From contig NC_134028.1 of assembly GCF_964204645.1 (NCBI RefSeq), positions 16,375,653-16,439,652 on the forward strand: a DNA stretch of 64,000 nucleotides, read 5' to 3'. Each line of letters starts with the position of its first letter. The stretch's first letter is position 1. Of the stretch, positions 1 through 13,433 are shown piece by piece. The notes below the pieces were generated by a model. That model did not search any database. It was not told the origin of the DNA and saw only the letters and a list, made by a program, of their open reading frames with translations. This DNA is from Tubulanus polymorphus. Its lineage: Eukaryota; Animalia; Nemertea. Made by a program: the position numbers and the translations under genes.

Positions 1-574
1 CAATATTCTAACATATTTTCAGGACAAGGAATTGATCTAATTGTTCCAATTCTGTTCTAAAATCAGAATTCTTTATATTTATATTACATCCATTTCATAT
101 TTTTTAAAACTTTGATCAATTAATATTATTATATAATTTATTAAAATATTTTAATCCCGATAGAGGGCTTTCTAATTCATTTAATGTGATTCTATTTTGA
201 AACTATGTAAGAAATCGAAATAAACTGTGCATAAATTTATATTTAGAGTTATTTAAATGATTATTCCAACTTATGTCACATCCTGTTGTTGCATAATAAA
301 CTGCAAAATTCAATTGATTTTGCCAATATTTCATATTAGATTTTATTAACCATTGTTTTGCTTCTTTCAATCTTTTAAGATAAATCAAATATAAATTAAA
401 TATATTTTCCATTTAATCATTAAAATCATTAGTTTCAGTAACATAAATATCTAAATCAACTAATGAATTGAAAACAAAATGTAAATATGTAATATCTTAA
501 TTAAAATCTATTGCTGAAATATAATATTTGATTGATTTATTATATTGAAAAGCTTATGGACAATTATCTACCAT
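1..574 (-). pseudogene. Conserved Polinton/adintovirus-associated protein of unknown function (WQNQLNFAV..ATTGC motif), disrupted
   Basis: ORF 203-412 contains WQNQLNFAVYYATTGCDIS..HL....SLFRF. The 5' part (500-574) matches 37610-37685 of the full element. Confidence 0.55.
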
Positions 575-602
575 CTATATAATAAGAAAATTAATAATCA
601 AT

Positions 603-950
603 TCATTCTTTTAATAATTTATCTTGTTCGTCGGTTGTAATATTTCCATTTAAACTAATTATATAATCTAATGTATTTTTCAATTTATTAATTTCTTTTG
701 TATTAGATTTATTTTTTTCTATATTACTTTTTATATTTAATTTTGAACTTATTCCGGTTAAAACACTCGAACTTAAACCTAAGACGCCATTTGAAAGAGA
801 AAGTGTTAATTGACTGAATATTGCTAAAAATGTTATTACAGAACTAATTGTAACAGATCCACTAACAATAAGGTAATACATAATTTTACTTTTTGAATAT
901 TTTCTCTTTTTAACTTTTAAATCATTTTCAAATTCTAATATTTGTTTAAG
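603..950 (-). pseudogene. Two-helix hydrophobic membrane protein of the Polinton-like element (5'-deleted copy)
   Basis: GSVTISSVITFLA..GLSSSVLTGISSKLNIKS is nearly identical to ORF 37685-38134. Confidence 0.65.
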
Positions 951-1596
951 CTAAGGCGTTAACAATTGTTGACCCAATAATAGTTATAATTGCAGATGCC
1001 ATTTATTCAACAAAGAAATTAAACATCAATTGGAGGAATATATTTCTGTTTTTCTAAAGAATCAATTGTTAAATTAGATAAAGTAAGTGCTAATGTTAAT
1101 TTTAATACATCATTTATATCAAATCAGTCAACATTAATATTTCCTATTTTAAATACTTTGTTTTATAACATTGTGTATCCGACAGTTCTAACTGATAATA
1201 ATGCTAAATTATATAATCAATTAACTATCCACTTTTGATCCATTTATTAAAGACGAAATTACCATTTTCAAAATATCTAGTTACTTCTGCTATCATTATT
1301 TCAACATTTATATCATTATAAGTTTCATTTTCAAATATTTCAGTAATCATTTTTTAATATCATCAATAATAGAATATTCATCTTATTCATGAAATTTAAA
1401 GATTTTCTAATTGAATCAGTCATTTTTTCTACATTATAAGCATCTTTATTTAGAGTTTTGACATAACTAAATGTAGTATTTTTAATATGAGTTATCACAT
1501 CATTGATTTCAAATTTCATTTCTTTTTCACGTTTAATATCAAATCCAAAACATATACTCGGTCTAACAGTTATATTCATATATTTATTACAAACAA

Positions 1597-2269
1597 TTAC
1601 TCATTACATCTTATTACTATTTCATACATAACAGGAAAATTATTTATATCAATGAATTCACCATTTTGATCTGTTATTTCTAATTTGGAATTATAAAATT
1701 GTGGAATACAAGGTTTAAAATCATATTCTGATGAATCATAATTAATGGTAAAATATTAAATTGCAATAAATATAGAAAGTGTGTAAAAGTTATTAAATAT
1801 GGTGTAGCATTAATATTTGTAAAAACTTTTATCTGGGGTAATTCCTAACAGTTAAGCTAAAGGTTTTCTTACCATAAATTGTGTAGTTCATTAGCTACAT
1901 GTATCCTCATTTTGTTTCAGCTATCACTTAAAAAAAATCAATAATAAATCCGACATCAACACCCATTTTCAACCAAGCCTTTCTATAAATTTCTTGCGCT
2001 AATGTTTCTAAATTATAAAATCCTAGTTCTAAAAATAGTTGATATAAGTAAAATTTATCAATATGTCTAATGTAAATAAAAAAGATTCTACGATCAAGAG
2101 TTGTATCTGATATATTATGAAAAGAGTAACATAAGCTAATATTTACTAATTTCATATCAATACAAATTTTATACCCTCTGTTTAATTGTATTTCTAAAAT
2201 ATGAGATTTATGACTTAATAATAGTTTTCTTGAATCAACATATATTCTATATTCTTTTAATTCTACCAT
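1597..2269 (-). pseudogene. Minor capsid (penton-like) protein, paralog 1
   Basis: N-terminal YRIYVDSR..SFHNISD and C-terminal DFKPCIPQF..LEITDQNGEFIDINNFPVMYEIVIR are typical of Polinton minor capsid proteins. Frameshifted. Confidence 0.65.
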
Positions 2270-2580
2270 TTATGACTTACAAAAGAGTATTCCTTACATC
2301 TTAAAACTATTTCATAAATTACAGGAAAATTATTTAAATCAATCAAATATCCATTATGAGTCCTAATTTCTAATTCAAAATTATTGAATTGCGGAATACA
2401 AGGTTTGAAATCACATCATAATAAATTATAAATCATTTGTGTTCCAAATCGTTTACATTTTTAATGGTAAAAGATTTAATAAACTTGAATAACAAGTCGT
2501 AATTTTATTTGCTTCAAATGTTTTTATGGGATCAATTAAATTGCAATAAATATAAAAGTGTGTAAAATGTATTATATTTG
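2270..2580 (-). pseudogene. Minor capsid (penton-like) protein, paralog 2, C-terminal part
   Basis: FYIYCNLID...DFKPCIPQFNNFELEIRTHNGYLIDLNNFPVIYEIVLR closely matches 39207-39500. Confidence 0.65.
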
Positions 2581-2917
2581 CCATACTTTGCCTTAATTTG
2601 CCTTATATTTGCCTTAATTTGCAATACTATCAACATTTAAATGTTTTCATAATCTTTGGTAACATCAACCAATCCTAATTTCGTGTAACACTTTAAATTA
2701 TTAGGGTGATCTGTTTCTCCACAGAAAACCCTATTGATATTCACGTGATTTATTCTTTTTTTCCCTTTTACACACTATTTTCGTCGAAAGAACATAGGTT
2801 ATTACCTTACCGCTGTTTCAGATACAATCCGTATAATATCATTTAGCTAACTTCGATCTACAAATACTCCGTCGGTATTTTTATGAATCGATGAATTTAA
2901 TAAAAGCACTGTCGGGC

Positions 2918-3237
2918 CGGTGTTGTCATATCGGAATGACGGAATCGCGGAATTCTTTAAAAACACGGAATATCTTCACTATCACTGTGAATAGTAAACG
3001 GGAATCGCAATTCTATCTAAAATTATTTTATAATACCGTTCACTGGCTGACAGTTACCAGCTGCAGCAGCAGACAGAATGTAGTCGACAAAGAGATCGGC
3101 ACCAGGGTAAACATCGGCTATCGAAGTTAATCGACTTTTTGCGATCTTAGTAGATTTGAGCACGTCACTCTAGGTCGGGCCGTACTTACTTTTAGATGTC
3201 TGTCTATTCACAAATAACAGAGTTGAAAAGATACCAT
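2918..3237 (+). mobile_element. Truncated copy of the non-autonomous DNA transposon at 48898-50013
   Basis: Starts CGGTGTTGTCATATCGGAATGACGGAATCGCG and aligns in blocks with 48898-49410. The right end is missing. Confidence 0.75.
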
Positions 3238-3239
3238 TT

Positions 3240-3850
3240 TATATATTCGATGTGACGTTTAAATTCATTAAATAATTTTCCAATTTCTCTATTTCTTCAG
3301 AATGTGTTTGAATATTGTAATCCATTTATTCTTCTAATTTTATAAAACTTACTTTTACTCCTGAAAGACTAATTTTAGGTTATTCAAAATCTATTACTAA
3401 ATCCATTTTTCCCCATTTTTCAATAAATTTACTATAATCTTCTATTGTTGTGCCTTTAAAAAATCTAAATAAAAAAGCTGCAGGTCCAATTTTCCTACGC
3501 AATGTTTCTAATATTTCGATTGTACCTTTTATTTCTAGTGAATCAATATAATTTCTAACATTTTCCATATAAGGTTTATTTGAAATAGATTTAGTTCTTT
3601 AAATAGATTTTTTTACTCGTTGAGATTTATCATCAAAATATTCTGTTTCCAAAATATTTTTACTTAAATTTTGTTGATGTTTTTTTCGATTCAAGATATC
3701 TTTTAAAATTCGTTTTTGTTATAAATTAATTACAAATATTATTTAATTTCATCTTTTTTATATCCTCTAATTGTACTTTTCTTTCATCTGAATTTTTCAT
3801 GTCGAGATTGAAGTGATTTATCGATGTATTTTTACAATATGAAAATTAAT
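3240..3850 (-). pseudogene. N-terminal (terminal-protein region) fragment of Polinton pPolB
   Basis: MENVRNYIDSLE..IGPAAFLFRFFKGTTIE is homologous to MENVRNYIYSLD..IGPAAIEFKFHKGKTLE at 30440-30570. Confidence 0.7.
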
Positions 3851-5492
3851 ATTGATTCTTATTAACATTAATTTTGTTCTGTTTGGAACTCACTCTCTCC
3901 CTTTTATAACGGATAAAGAATACTTGTGGTGATGAGTGATGTGACGCCCTCTGGTATGAAAACGCCATATTGTTATTACTTACGGTTAACAAGCGCATGC
4001 AGATTTTTTCAATTGGGAAACGGAATGCCGTGAAGAATGTTGAGGCGACTAGTATAATCATTGTTCCCCTTTCTTTCTCCGAGGCCAAAGAACTTAGACT
4101 TTATATACTAATTTTATGCATTTCTTTCCATTCCTACCGTTCCTAAGCTATGCCCCCACTCTCGTCTGACCTTACCCCTAATGGTGTGTGTAGTCACTAC
4201 TACTTCCTTTAAGCGTACTCCTGGCCCGAACTAACCTACGCTCTTCTCCCTTCCTCACAAACTCGCACTTTGTTACCTGATCCCTCTTAAGCGCGCCCTA
4301 CACACGTACTAACCTACGAAACTTTTCGCTCAACAGAATTGTGGACAACAGAGAGAGCACGAAACATAAACTTTCAACCTTTATAGATCGTTGTAAATTA
4401 TATTTTCCGGCTTAATATATCCAATCATCTGTCCAATTCTCAGTTTCAGATGTACGTCGTATTCTTCTTATATGCAAATATCGTTCATATTCTGAAGATT
4501 TTGCGTTTTAAATTGATTCACTGTGTTTTTAGAGGAGCTTTACTTATGGTATGAGTTGCAAATATAATGACTGTTTTAACGACTAGTTTTAGTCTCCTTC
4601 TCGGGCGAACAATCGGAACCAGATGTTTAATACTATTCACTTTAGAGAAGAGTTGTAAAAAATACACATTTCCAGAGTAAAAATAATTAATTTAACAATC
4701 ACCAACTTCGGAAAAAAAAACGAAATGAAAAAAAGACATACTCTCGCCCTCTCATGAAGTCATTTTCTCTGCCCTACCAATACCAAGACCGTAAACCCTG
4801 TGCCACCACAGTGTTGTAACCCAGATGCGCACCTGCTTATGATATTCGACTTACGAAGTTTCATCAGTAATTGATTAAAAGACTATTTCAATGTTACCTC
4901 TTTCAAACATACTACTGGAAAGGCAATTCATGTCGCTATTGACTCAATAGCTCATGTATTGCGCAAAAGATGTCGGAGTTTTTTTGTGGATTCGTATAGT
5001 GTCTTGATCGCTACTCACGTGACAATGTTTAACAACCACATAGTCGTATCGTCAGAGATCCACGGATTTGATGGTAGAGAACCACAAATAAATGGGTCAT
5101 GCTCTGCATAAAGTTCGCATCTTTGTGTCAGACTAGAATGAAATAAAAAAAGAAAAGTGTACTTCAGTATGATTGAAGGAATCATTGAGTTTGTAAACAC
5201 TGAAGGTCGGTGCATTTAATGAACAAAAGGAACGTAAATAAATCAAAGGAGTTGCTTTGTGTAATGCGCAATTTGGTTGACGTTTGTCTGTAAGCGGAAT
5301 CTTTTGATAAGCCCTGACATCCGTTGAGAATAAGTTCGAACCCCATATCATTACGCATCGGGCGCAACTTAAAACGTCCGCGCGTAATGTAACTATTTTG
5401 TAATGAAATAATTATTATTGCTGTTTTTTGTAATTTGTAGTCAACGACTTTTCGATTATCGCCACTTAGAATTAAACAAGTCCGTTAACTAG

Positions 5493-8400
5493 AAGGCTCA
5501 GGAAATCGCGGGCTAGTCATGCTGGTTGGCTCAAGAAGAGTATCGCCAGGGTGGAAACAGTATCGCGTCCAGGGGTCGATATCCTGGCTCAAAGAATTAA
5601 GACGCAATTCAACACTCTTCAGAAAGTTCAGGGCGAACTTGTTGTACAGCTGGAGGAGAACGAAATCGAAAAAAGAAGAAATCTGGTTCGAGGCGTACCA
5701 CGATAAAACTATGAAAGCTCTCCAAGACCTTGCGGAGAAGACTGCTGAATCGTCACCGCCGCTGAATCCGAACGCGACGGCATTTAGAGCAACGACGCAG
5801 TCTACAAGACAGTCGACGCAGTCTACGGCACAGTTTACGCAGTCCATATCACAGTCCGGTTCGTCAGTCACTTCCGATATCGACGGTTGGATCGACGAGT
5901 TGGTATCCGCAGTGAATCAGTCATCCCGCACTCCGGAGATGATGTAAGTATCGAGTTAGCTCTATCCCAGTTATATGTTGACCTAAAGTTGAAATCCCCG
6001 TTTTCGATGGATCTCCTTTACTGTGGCCGAGGTTCATCGAACTGTTTCATACTCAAATCCATGCCAGGCTGGGTATCATGGATGTCCGTCGAATGGATTT
6101 GTTGCAATCCCACGTCAAGGGCGAAGCCAAGAAGCTGATTCAAGGAATGGGATACTCGGCGACCAATTATGCAGATTGTTTAAAAGAGTTGAAATCTGTA
6201 TTTGCCCATCGTGTAGGTATTAGTAGGGCGTATATTGATGCTTTAATATGTGGGGGTCAAGTACCTTCCTATGACTCTATAGCCCTTCGAGACCTTTATA
6301 TCGAAGTCCGGGATTGTGTAGCCACGTTGATTCGTTTAAACTATCAGTACGAAATAGGTAGCAGTGAAGTCGTGCTTAAGGCATCACGTCAAATTCCGAT
6401 GGAAAAACGATCAAAATGGAATGATTACGTAAAAAGGTATCAAAATCCATCGCTAGTTGAATTGATGAACTGGTTAAAGGATTGTGTTGACTCAGACTTT
6501 GGTCCATTTGCGATTCCGAATAAAAAACAAGCTAGACAGAACGTCAGTGTTAGAAATACAGTTGGTTCATGTAATAATGTTAATAGTAAACAAAATGTTT
6601 GTCCTCTGTGTAAACAATTGCATCACCTTTCAAAGTGCAAAGAATTTTTAGATAAGTCAGTCTCGGAAAGGTTTTCGTTTGTAAAAGGTCATAACCTGTG
6701 TATCAATTGTCTTTTTTTCAGGTCATGTAATTGCAACCTGTTCTTCGAAGGGTAAATGCAGGGAGACAAACTGCGGTAAAAAACACCATACAACTCTACA
6801 CCGTTCATGGTCCTCACCTTTTGCACGCCCACCTCCGATTGTTCAGACCAAAACTTTGTTAGAAACTACCGTCGAACCAGACAAACCTAAATCCGCGGTG
6901 AATCAGATTGGTGTGTTGTCAGAATCGTCTTCAAAGGTAAAATTTCAAATGTTACCTGTTATAGTATATGGTAGAAACGGTAGGCAGATTTCCACACATG
7001 CTTTACTAGATTCTGCTAGCAATGTAAGTCTCATTGATTCGGACCTAGCGCGGGAACTGGGTTTAAAAGGTAGGGAAGGTAAACTCACAATATGTACACT
7101 TAATTCCGAGGGTAGTGAACGCTCACGGTTCGTATCATTTTCTACTGGGAGCCAGTATGGTGACAAACTTATAAATGTTAGCGCCTGGACTCGTCATGGG
7201 CACTTTAATTGTTCGTCACAGACTAAAAGAGATTTTAGTTATTTCACTGATGTCCCTCTCGATGAGATTTGTCATATCTCCGTCAAGATATTGATTGGTG
7301 CCAATGTTCAAAGGGCACACCTGCAGTTGGAGGTTCGTCCCGGTCCTGATAATTCTTACCCATTCGCAATTAAAACCCCTCTTGGCTGGAGCCTTATGGG
7401 AGATTCAGATGAGCAGGGGCGCGTATCTAGTTATCTGGCTAAGGCTAATGTTGTTATTGCTCAGGAAGAGAATCTAAAGGCTCAAGTGGAGCTGTTCTGG
7501 AAGGTTGAGTCTACTAATTTGTTTTCCCCTGCTTTAGGTGATTCAGTTGAAGACAAAAAATCTCGTGAGTTGTTACATAGTTCATGTAAGTTAGTCAATG
7601 GTCATTATGAGATAGGTATGCTCTGGCGGGATCCACATCTCCAAATGCCTGATAATCGCCATGTGGCTGAGGTAAGGTTTAGGAATTTGAAACAGAAGTT
7701 GAGTAAGGATTCGAATCTTATGTCTGGGTATTGCGATACTATAAATGGTTATATTTCAAAGGGGTGTGCTCGAAAGTTGACGCCTTATGAGGTTACTCGT
7801 ACTTCTAATAGGATTTGGTATCTTCCACATCATTGCGTTATTAACCCAAACAAGCCTAAGCCCCGTGTAGTCTTTGATGCTGCATCCAAATGTAAGGGTG
7901 TTTCCTTAAATAGCATGTTGATGACCGGTCCTGATTTACTCAACAATTTGTTTGGAGTTTTACAGCGTTTTCGTTTAAACGCTGTCGCCATGGTATCTGA
8001 TATTGAGGCCATGTTTCATCAGGTACGGGTCCCAGAGGATGATTCAGATTCTTTTAGGTTTCTGTGGCAGGATGATTTGACTCAGGATTCTGAACCCGAC
8101 GTCTACAAAATGGTTTTTCATATTTTTGGAGCGGCCGATTCTCCTTGTATCGCCAATTATGCCCTGCAACGGTCAGCTATCGATAATCAGGATTTTTGTT
8201 CGTCTTTATGTACAGATAGCATTTTAAATGATTTTTATGTGGATGGTTTGCTGAAGTCGGTTGAATCCCCGGATGTTGCGGTCCATTTGGCCAATGAGGT
8301 TTCCGAGGTTTTAGCAAAAGGTGGATTTCATTTAACCAAGTGGTTGAGTAATGTGAGGGAGGTTTTGTCTAGGATTGACAGGGCGAAACGTGCTAAACCC

Positions 8401-10826
8401 GACTTGGACTTGGATTTGGATGACTTGCCCGTCGAGCGGGCCCTAGGAGTAAGATTGGACGTGGAGTCTGATTGTTTCGTATTCAAATCGTTTAACAAGG
8501 AGGGACCCCTCACAAAGTGTTGTGTGCTTAGTGCTGTTAGTTCCATCTTTGACCCCATCGGTTTTCTCGCTCCTTTCACTTTCCGCGCTACTTTGTTGCA
8601 GGATGTTTGGAAATTTGGTTTGGATTGGGATGATGAATTAAGTGATGATTTATTGTCGAGATGGACCGACTGGTTATCTGACCTGGAGTTTCTTCGTGAA
8701 TTTAAAGTTCCTAGGTATCATCCTGCGTTAGTATTTCACCCCCAGTCTGTGGAGCTTCATTTCTTTTCGGATGCGTCAGAAAGTGGTTTTGCTACCGTGT
8801 GCTATTTACGTGGTTCGTTTGGTTCCGAAGGTTCATGTTCTTCTCTGGTGGCGTCCAAAACTCATGTAGCACCCATTCGGCAGAGGTTAACTATCCCTAA
8901 GTTGGAACTGGAGGCAGCTGTCCTCTCTGTTCGCCCGTACCAAACATTGACGAAGGAGCTCAGCTCGTTACATATTTCTCATGTTTTGGACTGATTCTAT
9001 GACGGTCCTACGGTATATCAACAACTTTACAACCCGGTTTAAAGTTTTCGTGGCCAATCGTCTGTCGGAGATCCATAGTTGCACATTACCTGATCAGTGG
9101 CAGTTTGTTCCCACAAATCTGAATCCAGCGGATCCTTGTACCCGTGGAATGTCGGCCCAGAAGGTTTGTAATTCGGATTTTTGGCTCTCTGGTCCTGCAT
9201 TCTTGAAAGATAAATCCATGTGGCCTGATCAACTTGGTGTTTCAGGGTCTATCTCAGAGGATGACGTAAATGTTAGCAGGCCAAAGTGTATGAACAATGT
9301 GGCTGTCGTACGAGAATTGGTCGTAAGTGACTTAGATCTTACCGGCCTTATCGATGTTAATAGGTTTTCTTGCTGGATAAAACTAAAGCGTCATGTTGCT
9401 TGGATACTACGAGCTGTTCTTAAATTTGCAGGAAGTCGATTGCAGTTTTCCAAAGTTTTTCCTAGTGAGTTTTTGCTTCCTTCCGAGGTTCGTCAAGCAG
9501 AAGACTGTCTAGTTAAGTTTGCTCAGTCGGAGAAATTTCCAGATGAAATTGCGTGTTTAGCATCAGGGTTTGTAGTGTCTAAGAGGAGTCCAATTCAATC
9601 GATAGCCCCGTTTAGCGATGGTTCATTTCTGAGAGTTGGAGGACGCTTGTCAAAGGCTCAATTGCCGTTTGAGGCAAAACATCATTATTCTGCCCTTTGG
9701 ACATCATGTGACCCGTCTTATCCTTAGAAGTATCCTTAGAAGTATTCACGATTGTAATGCTCATTGTGGTCCGGAGCAGATAATATCGGAGGTTCGTCAA
9801 AAATATTGGCCCATTAAAGCTCGTTCTATGGCTTAGAATAGTACGCGTAGGTTCTGTTCTGATTGTCGTCTTTATTATTTGAGGCCTGAGGTTCCGATGA
9901 TGTCTGATCTCTCTGCGTCCAGGGTTTCCGGTTACACTCGGCCTTTTTGCTTTTACTGGTTGTGATTATTTCGGTCCTATGGAGATTAAGCAAGGACGTA
10001 GTCGTTTAAAGCGATGGGGATGTTTGTTCACTTGTCTAGTCACCAGAGCTGTTCATTTAGAGCTGGCCGAATCCTTGGAAACTGATGACTTCATTCTGGT
10101 GTTAAGAAATTTTATTGGCCGTAGGGGACAGCCGCAGCATATATATAGTCATAACGGCACAAATTTTGTAGGTGCAGAAAGTGAATTACGGGATGCTATA
10201 ACTCGTTGGAATCAGGGGAAGGTACATAATTTTTTGTTGCAGAGGAACGTGCATTGGCACTTTTCCTCTCCCCAGGCCCCACATTTGGACGAGTATGGGA
10301 AAGGTTGGTAAGAAGTACTAAACACGCCCTGAAGTCCTGTTTAAAGGGTCAGGTAGTGAAAGATAGTGTCTTGCGTACTTCTCTAATCGAGGTCGAGGCT
10401 GCGGTCAACAGTCGCCCATTAACGTACAATAGTTCAGACCCAAACGATTTTATAGCAATCACGCCCAGCCATTTCCTCTACGGAGGCGCTGTTAGTGAGA
10501 ACACTCCAGCAGAGTTAAGTTCTTCTGAAATTAATAGTCGTAAAAAATGGCAGCAGGCTCAGGTAATAGCTGACCATTTCTGGAAAAGATGGACCAAGGA
10601 GTATTTGCAAACTCTAAGTAAACGTCAGAAATGGAGAACTGAGGTAAGAAATCTTCGTATAGGTGACGTTGTAGTTCTCATCGACGAGAAATGGCCCCTT
10701 GCCCGTATATTGGAGGTTTATCCCAGTGAGGATGGCGGGGTGAGGACCGTCAAAATTAAAACTCAAAAGGGCGAATATGTTCATCCAGTAGCCAAAGTTT
10801 GTCTTCTTGAGGAGTCAGAGTTGTGA
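5493..10826 (+). pseudogene. BEL/Pao gag-pol polyprotein, frameshifted
   Basis: ORFs 5519, 6078, 6856, 8981, 9636, 9979 and 10254 tile one polyprotein. Catalytic residues are mutated (YVDG for YVDD, SHN for SDN). Confidence 0.9.
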
Positions 10827-11053
10827 TTATATCTAGTGGTAATGTAAATATTTAAGTGTTATCTTGCAGCAAGTTAAATTAAGGTCGTGAAAACTGAAAT
10901 ACTTAGTATTTAAGCGTGAGTTTCTTGATTTGTCGATAGCGATGGTTTATAGCATTTGTGTGATGTTTATAACTGCAACTTAATTGCGGTCTGTGTGTAC
11001 ATAAAAATTAAGGGGTTTGACGTCTTTTAAAGTTTGAGACGTCAAGGAGGCGC

Positions 11054-11618
11054 TGTTTCCAGACCACTGGGTTTTGTGTCGCTGGGGTTCGTGAATTTTG
11101 CATTCGGGTGTTGAGTTTAATCCTCTATTATGTTTGTTCTGTCACCGGTTTACTTCTGAATTTACTTCGTGCCTTACGCACAGGTTTGTGGCAGTACATA
11201 CTTAGGTCAGTAGACGAGAAGTACTCATTTTACTGGTAACAGCGGATATAGTTGTAAGTTTCGCAAATTTGTTATATCTCATTTCTGTATGATGAAGTCT
11301 AATTTTCATGACATAAATGTAAGCTTTATGTGCCATTTCATTTACTTGGTATTCTGGCGTAGTTTGGCCTAAAATTTGGTCTATAGTAAATTTAATGCGC
11401 TATAATTTGCAGCAAATACGCATTTGTGATTAAGTATAGTCTAGTAATGTAACTATTTTGTAATGGAATACTTATTATTGCTGTTTTTTGAAATTTGTAG
11501 TCAACGACTTTTCGATTATCGCCACTTAAAAATTAAACAAGTCCGTTAACTAGCCGTTGGTTGTTTTGTTCGTTTAGTTTCTTTGGGCTTGTCCCATATC
11601 GTTGGAGACGATAAATAA
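11054..11618 (+). repeat. 3' LTR of BEL element 1
   Basis: Starts TGTTTCC after the purine-rich AAGGAGG and contains the 110-bp segment also present upstream of gag. The 3' boundary is approximate. Confidence 0.7.
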
Positions 11619-11619
11619 C

Positions 11620-12670
11620 CTTCTAAATAACCGACAAGTTTCAGAGCCCTCAGACTACATTAAAGGGTGACCGCCCGTAATGTGTTCGCATGGCCGTCTG
11701 AGACCCCTGGTAAGTCCATGCGCCAAACGGTAGAATGCTGCTCGCTAGGGTCTAGCAAGTTTCAGAGCCCTAGGGCAACTATTAAGATCGTAGGAGATGT
11801 TAGAAGGGGGGTCGTTTTTCACGTTTTTCAGGTCTCGATTTTTGACACTGATTTTTGCGGTCTGGGCACGGACCCCCGCGCCCAGGGTTTTAATGGTTCT
11901 GTATCATCTACAGGGCCCCTTCTAAATAATCGACAAGTTTCAGAGCCCTAGGGCCACTATTAGGGGTCGAACGATTCCCCAGAAAGTGGTCGCGCGGCCG
12001 TTATAGACCCCTGGTACGGCCACGCGATAAAATGTCTAGCTCCGCAACCATGGGCCTAGGGTCTTTTTTGATGTTTGCGTATTTGTAAGAGACCCTCCCC
12101 TAGGTCCCTGAGAAGTTTCAGAGCCCTAGGGCCCCTATTAAGGTCGGAGGAGATGTTAGAAGGGGGTCGTTTTTAAGCTCTCAACTTAGTGTATTTTCGC
12201 GTATATTTGACACTGATTTTCGTGGTCTGGGCAGGGCTCGCCGAGACCCAACGGACCTCTGCGCTCGGGGTTTTAATGGTTCTGTATCATCTACAGGGCC
12301 CCTTCAAAATACCCTACAAGTTTCAGAGCCCTAGGGCCACTATTAGGGGTCGAGCAAGTCCCCAGAAAGTGGTCGCGCGGCCGTTTTAGACCCCTGATAC
12401 GGCCACGCGATAAAATTTTCCCTGAAATGTTTCAGAGCCCTAGGGCCAGTATTAAGGTCGTAGGAGATGTAAGAAGCGGGGTCGTTTTTCAGGTCTCGAC
12501 TTAGTGCATTTTCGCGTCGCCGTTTTGGGCACGGCCTGCCCAGACATAACGGGCCCCCGCGTGCAGGGTTCCGATAGTTCTGTATCAGCTAGACGACACC
12601 TTCTTAATACCCGACAAGTTTGTAGGAGATGTTAGAAGCGGGGTCGTTTTTGAGGTCTAGACTTAGTGTA
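11620..12670. repeat. Complex GC-richer tandem repeat with alternating sub-units
   Basis: AAGTTTCAGAGCCCT(AGGG) recurs at ~11636, 11757, 11936, 12113, 12317 and 12429. GGAGATGTTAGAAG..GGGGTCGTTTTT recurs 4 times. Confidence 0.8.
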
Positions 12671-13433
12671 TTGTAGTAACCCGTGAAGAATGTCGTTTCG
12701 TCTAGCTGAAATTAGCAAATTATTGATTTTGATCGTCTGCTGCATGGGATTAAAACATCGTCTGAAAGCAACTTTCGTGGATTATTATAAGGATTTAAAA
12801 GGTATTCAATTGGTTTCAATGAAATAAACCGTAAGTACTAATACCAAAGCATATTCTTTGCTAGTTTAGAGACATTTATTCGTGCTCCGTTGGTGAGAAA
12901 AGAGAGGTTTTTCTTGGAATTGGCTATTTCAGATGACTCAAAACCAGTTTCCTATTTTTCGTTTCGTCTGTATAGTTCGGATTTTATACCATTAACAAAT
13001 GAACTAGGACTTTAATTTTATTGATCCCTATAATATACAAATGGAAGATCTCATTGGATTCGAGTCCCACTTACCTCAGTACACTCTTGATTGATTATTT
13101 TTTAGGTCCGATTTTTAAAGGGCTTTCCCTGGAGGGAAGGGAGGCGACTTACAAATCCCAAAATTCCACACAAGCCTTTGTAAAATTAGAGTAAGAAAAA
13201 ACAAGAGACAACAGAAAAGAAAAACTATATTGGCATATATTTATTTATATATTTATTTTTTGCTTCAGTGAAATAGATTTGCACAACAAACAACAGTCAC
13301 TGGGTAGGCCCTACCGTACCAAAGAGTTTAAATAAAAATTCTACTTAGAATCATAATTACTACAGTCTGGATGTGAGTTAGAATATACTGATTACCGGTA
13401 TCTATAATAAACAGAATTCAATAGTCACATTAC

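Larger units (their letters stand above)
1..2580 (-). mobile_element. Polinton/adintovirus-like element remnant A (structural gene block), runs off the window start
   Basis: Colinear homology with 37590-39950: ORF 603-881 matches 37685-38134, 1340-1579 matches 38981-39190, 1928-2269 matches 39679-39948, and MASAIITIIGS (~950-1001) matches 38591. Many stops, frameshifts and deletions. Confidence 0.85.
5384..11618 (+). mobile_element. BEL/Pao LTR retrotransposon (decayed, partial 5' LTR)
   Basis: Gag with Cys-His knuckles (CPLCKQLHHLSKC, CINC), protease LLDSAS, RT (YLPHH, DIEAMFHQ, YVDG), RNase H FSDAS, integrase CDYFGP..WERLV and a GPY/F-like tail. 5384-5492 repeats 11444-11553. Confidence 0.93.

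Noticed and set aside
4140-4330. ACTACTACT (4196-4204) as a classical Polinton terminus upstream of the polB fragment
   Set aside because: No partner TIR or TSD in the window and no similarity to the hairpin termini, so it cannot be supported.
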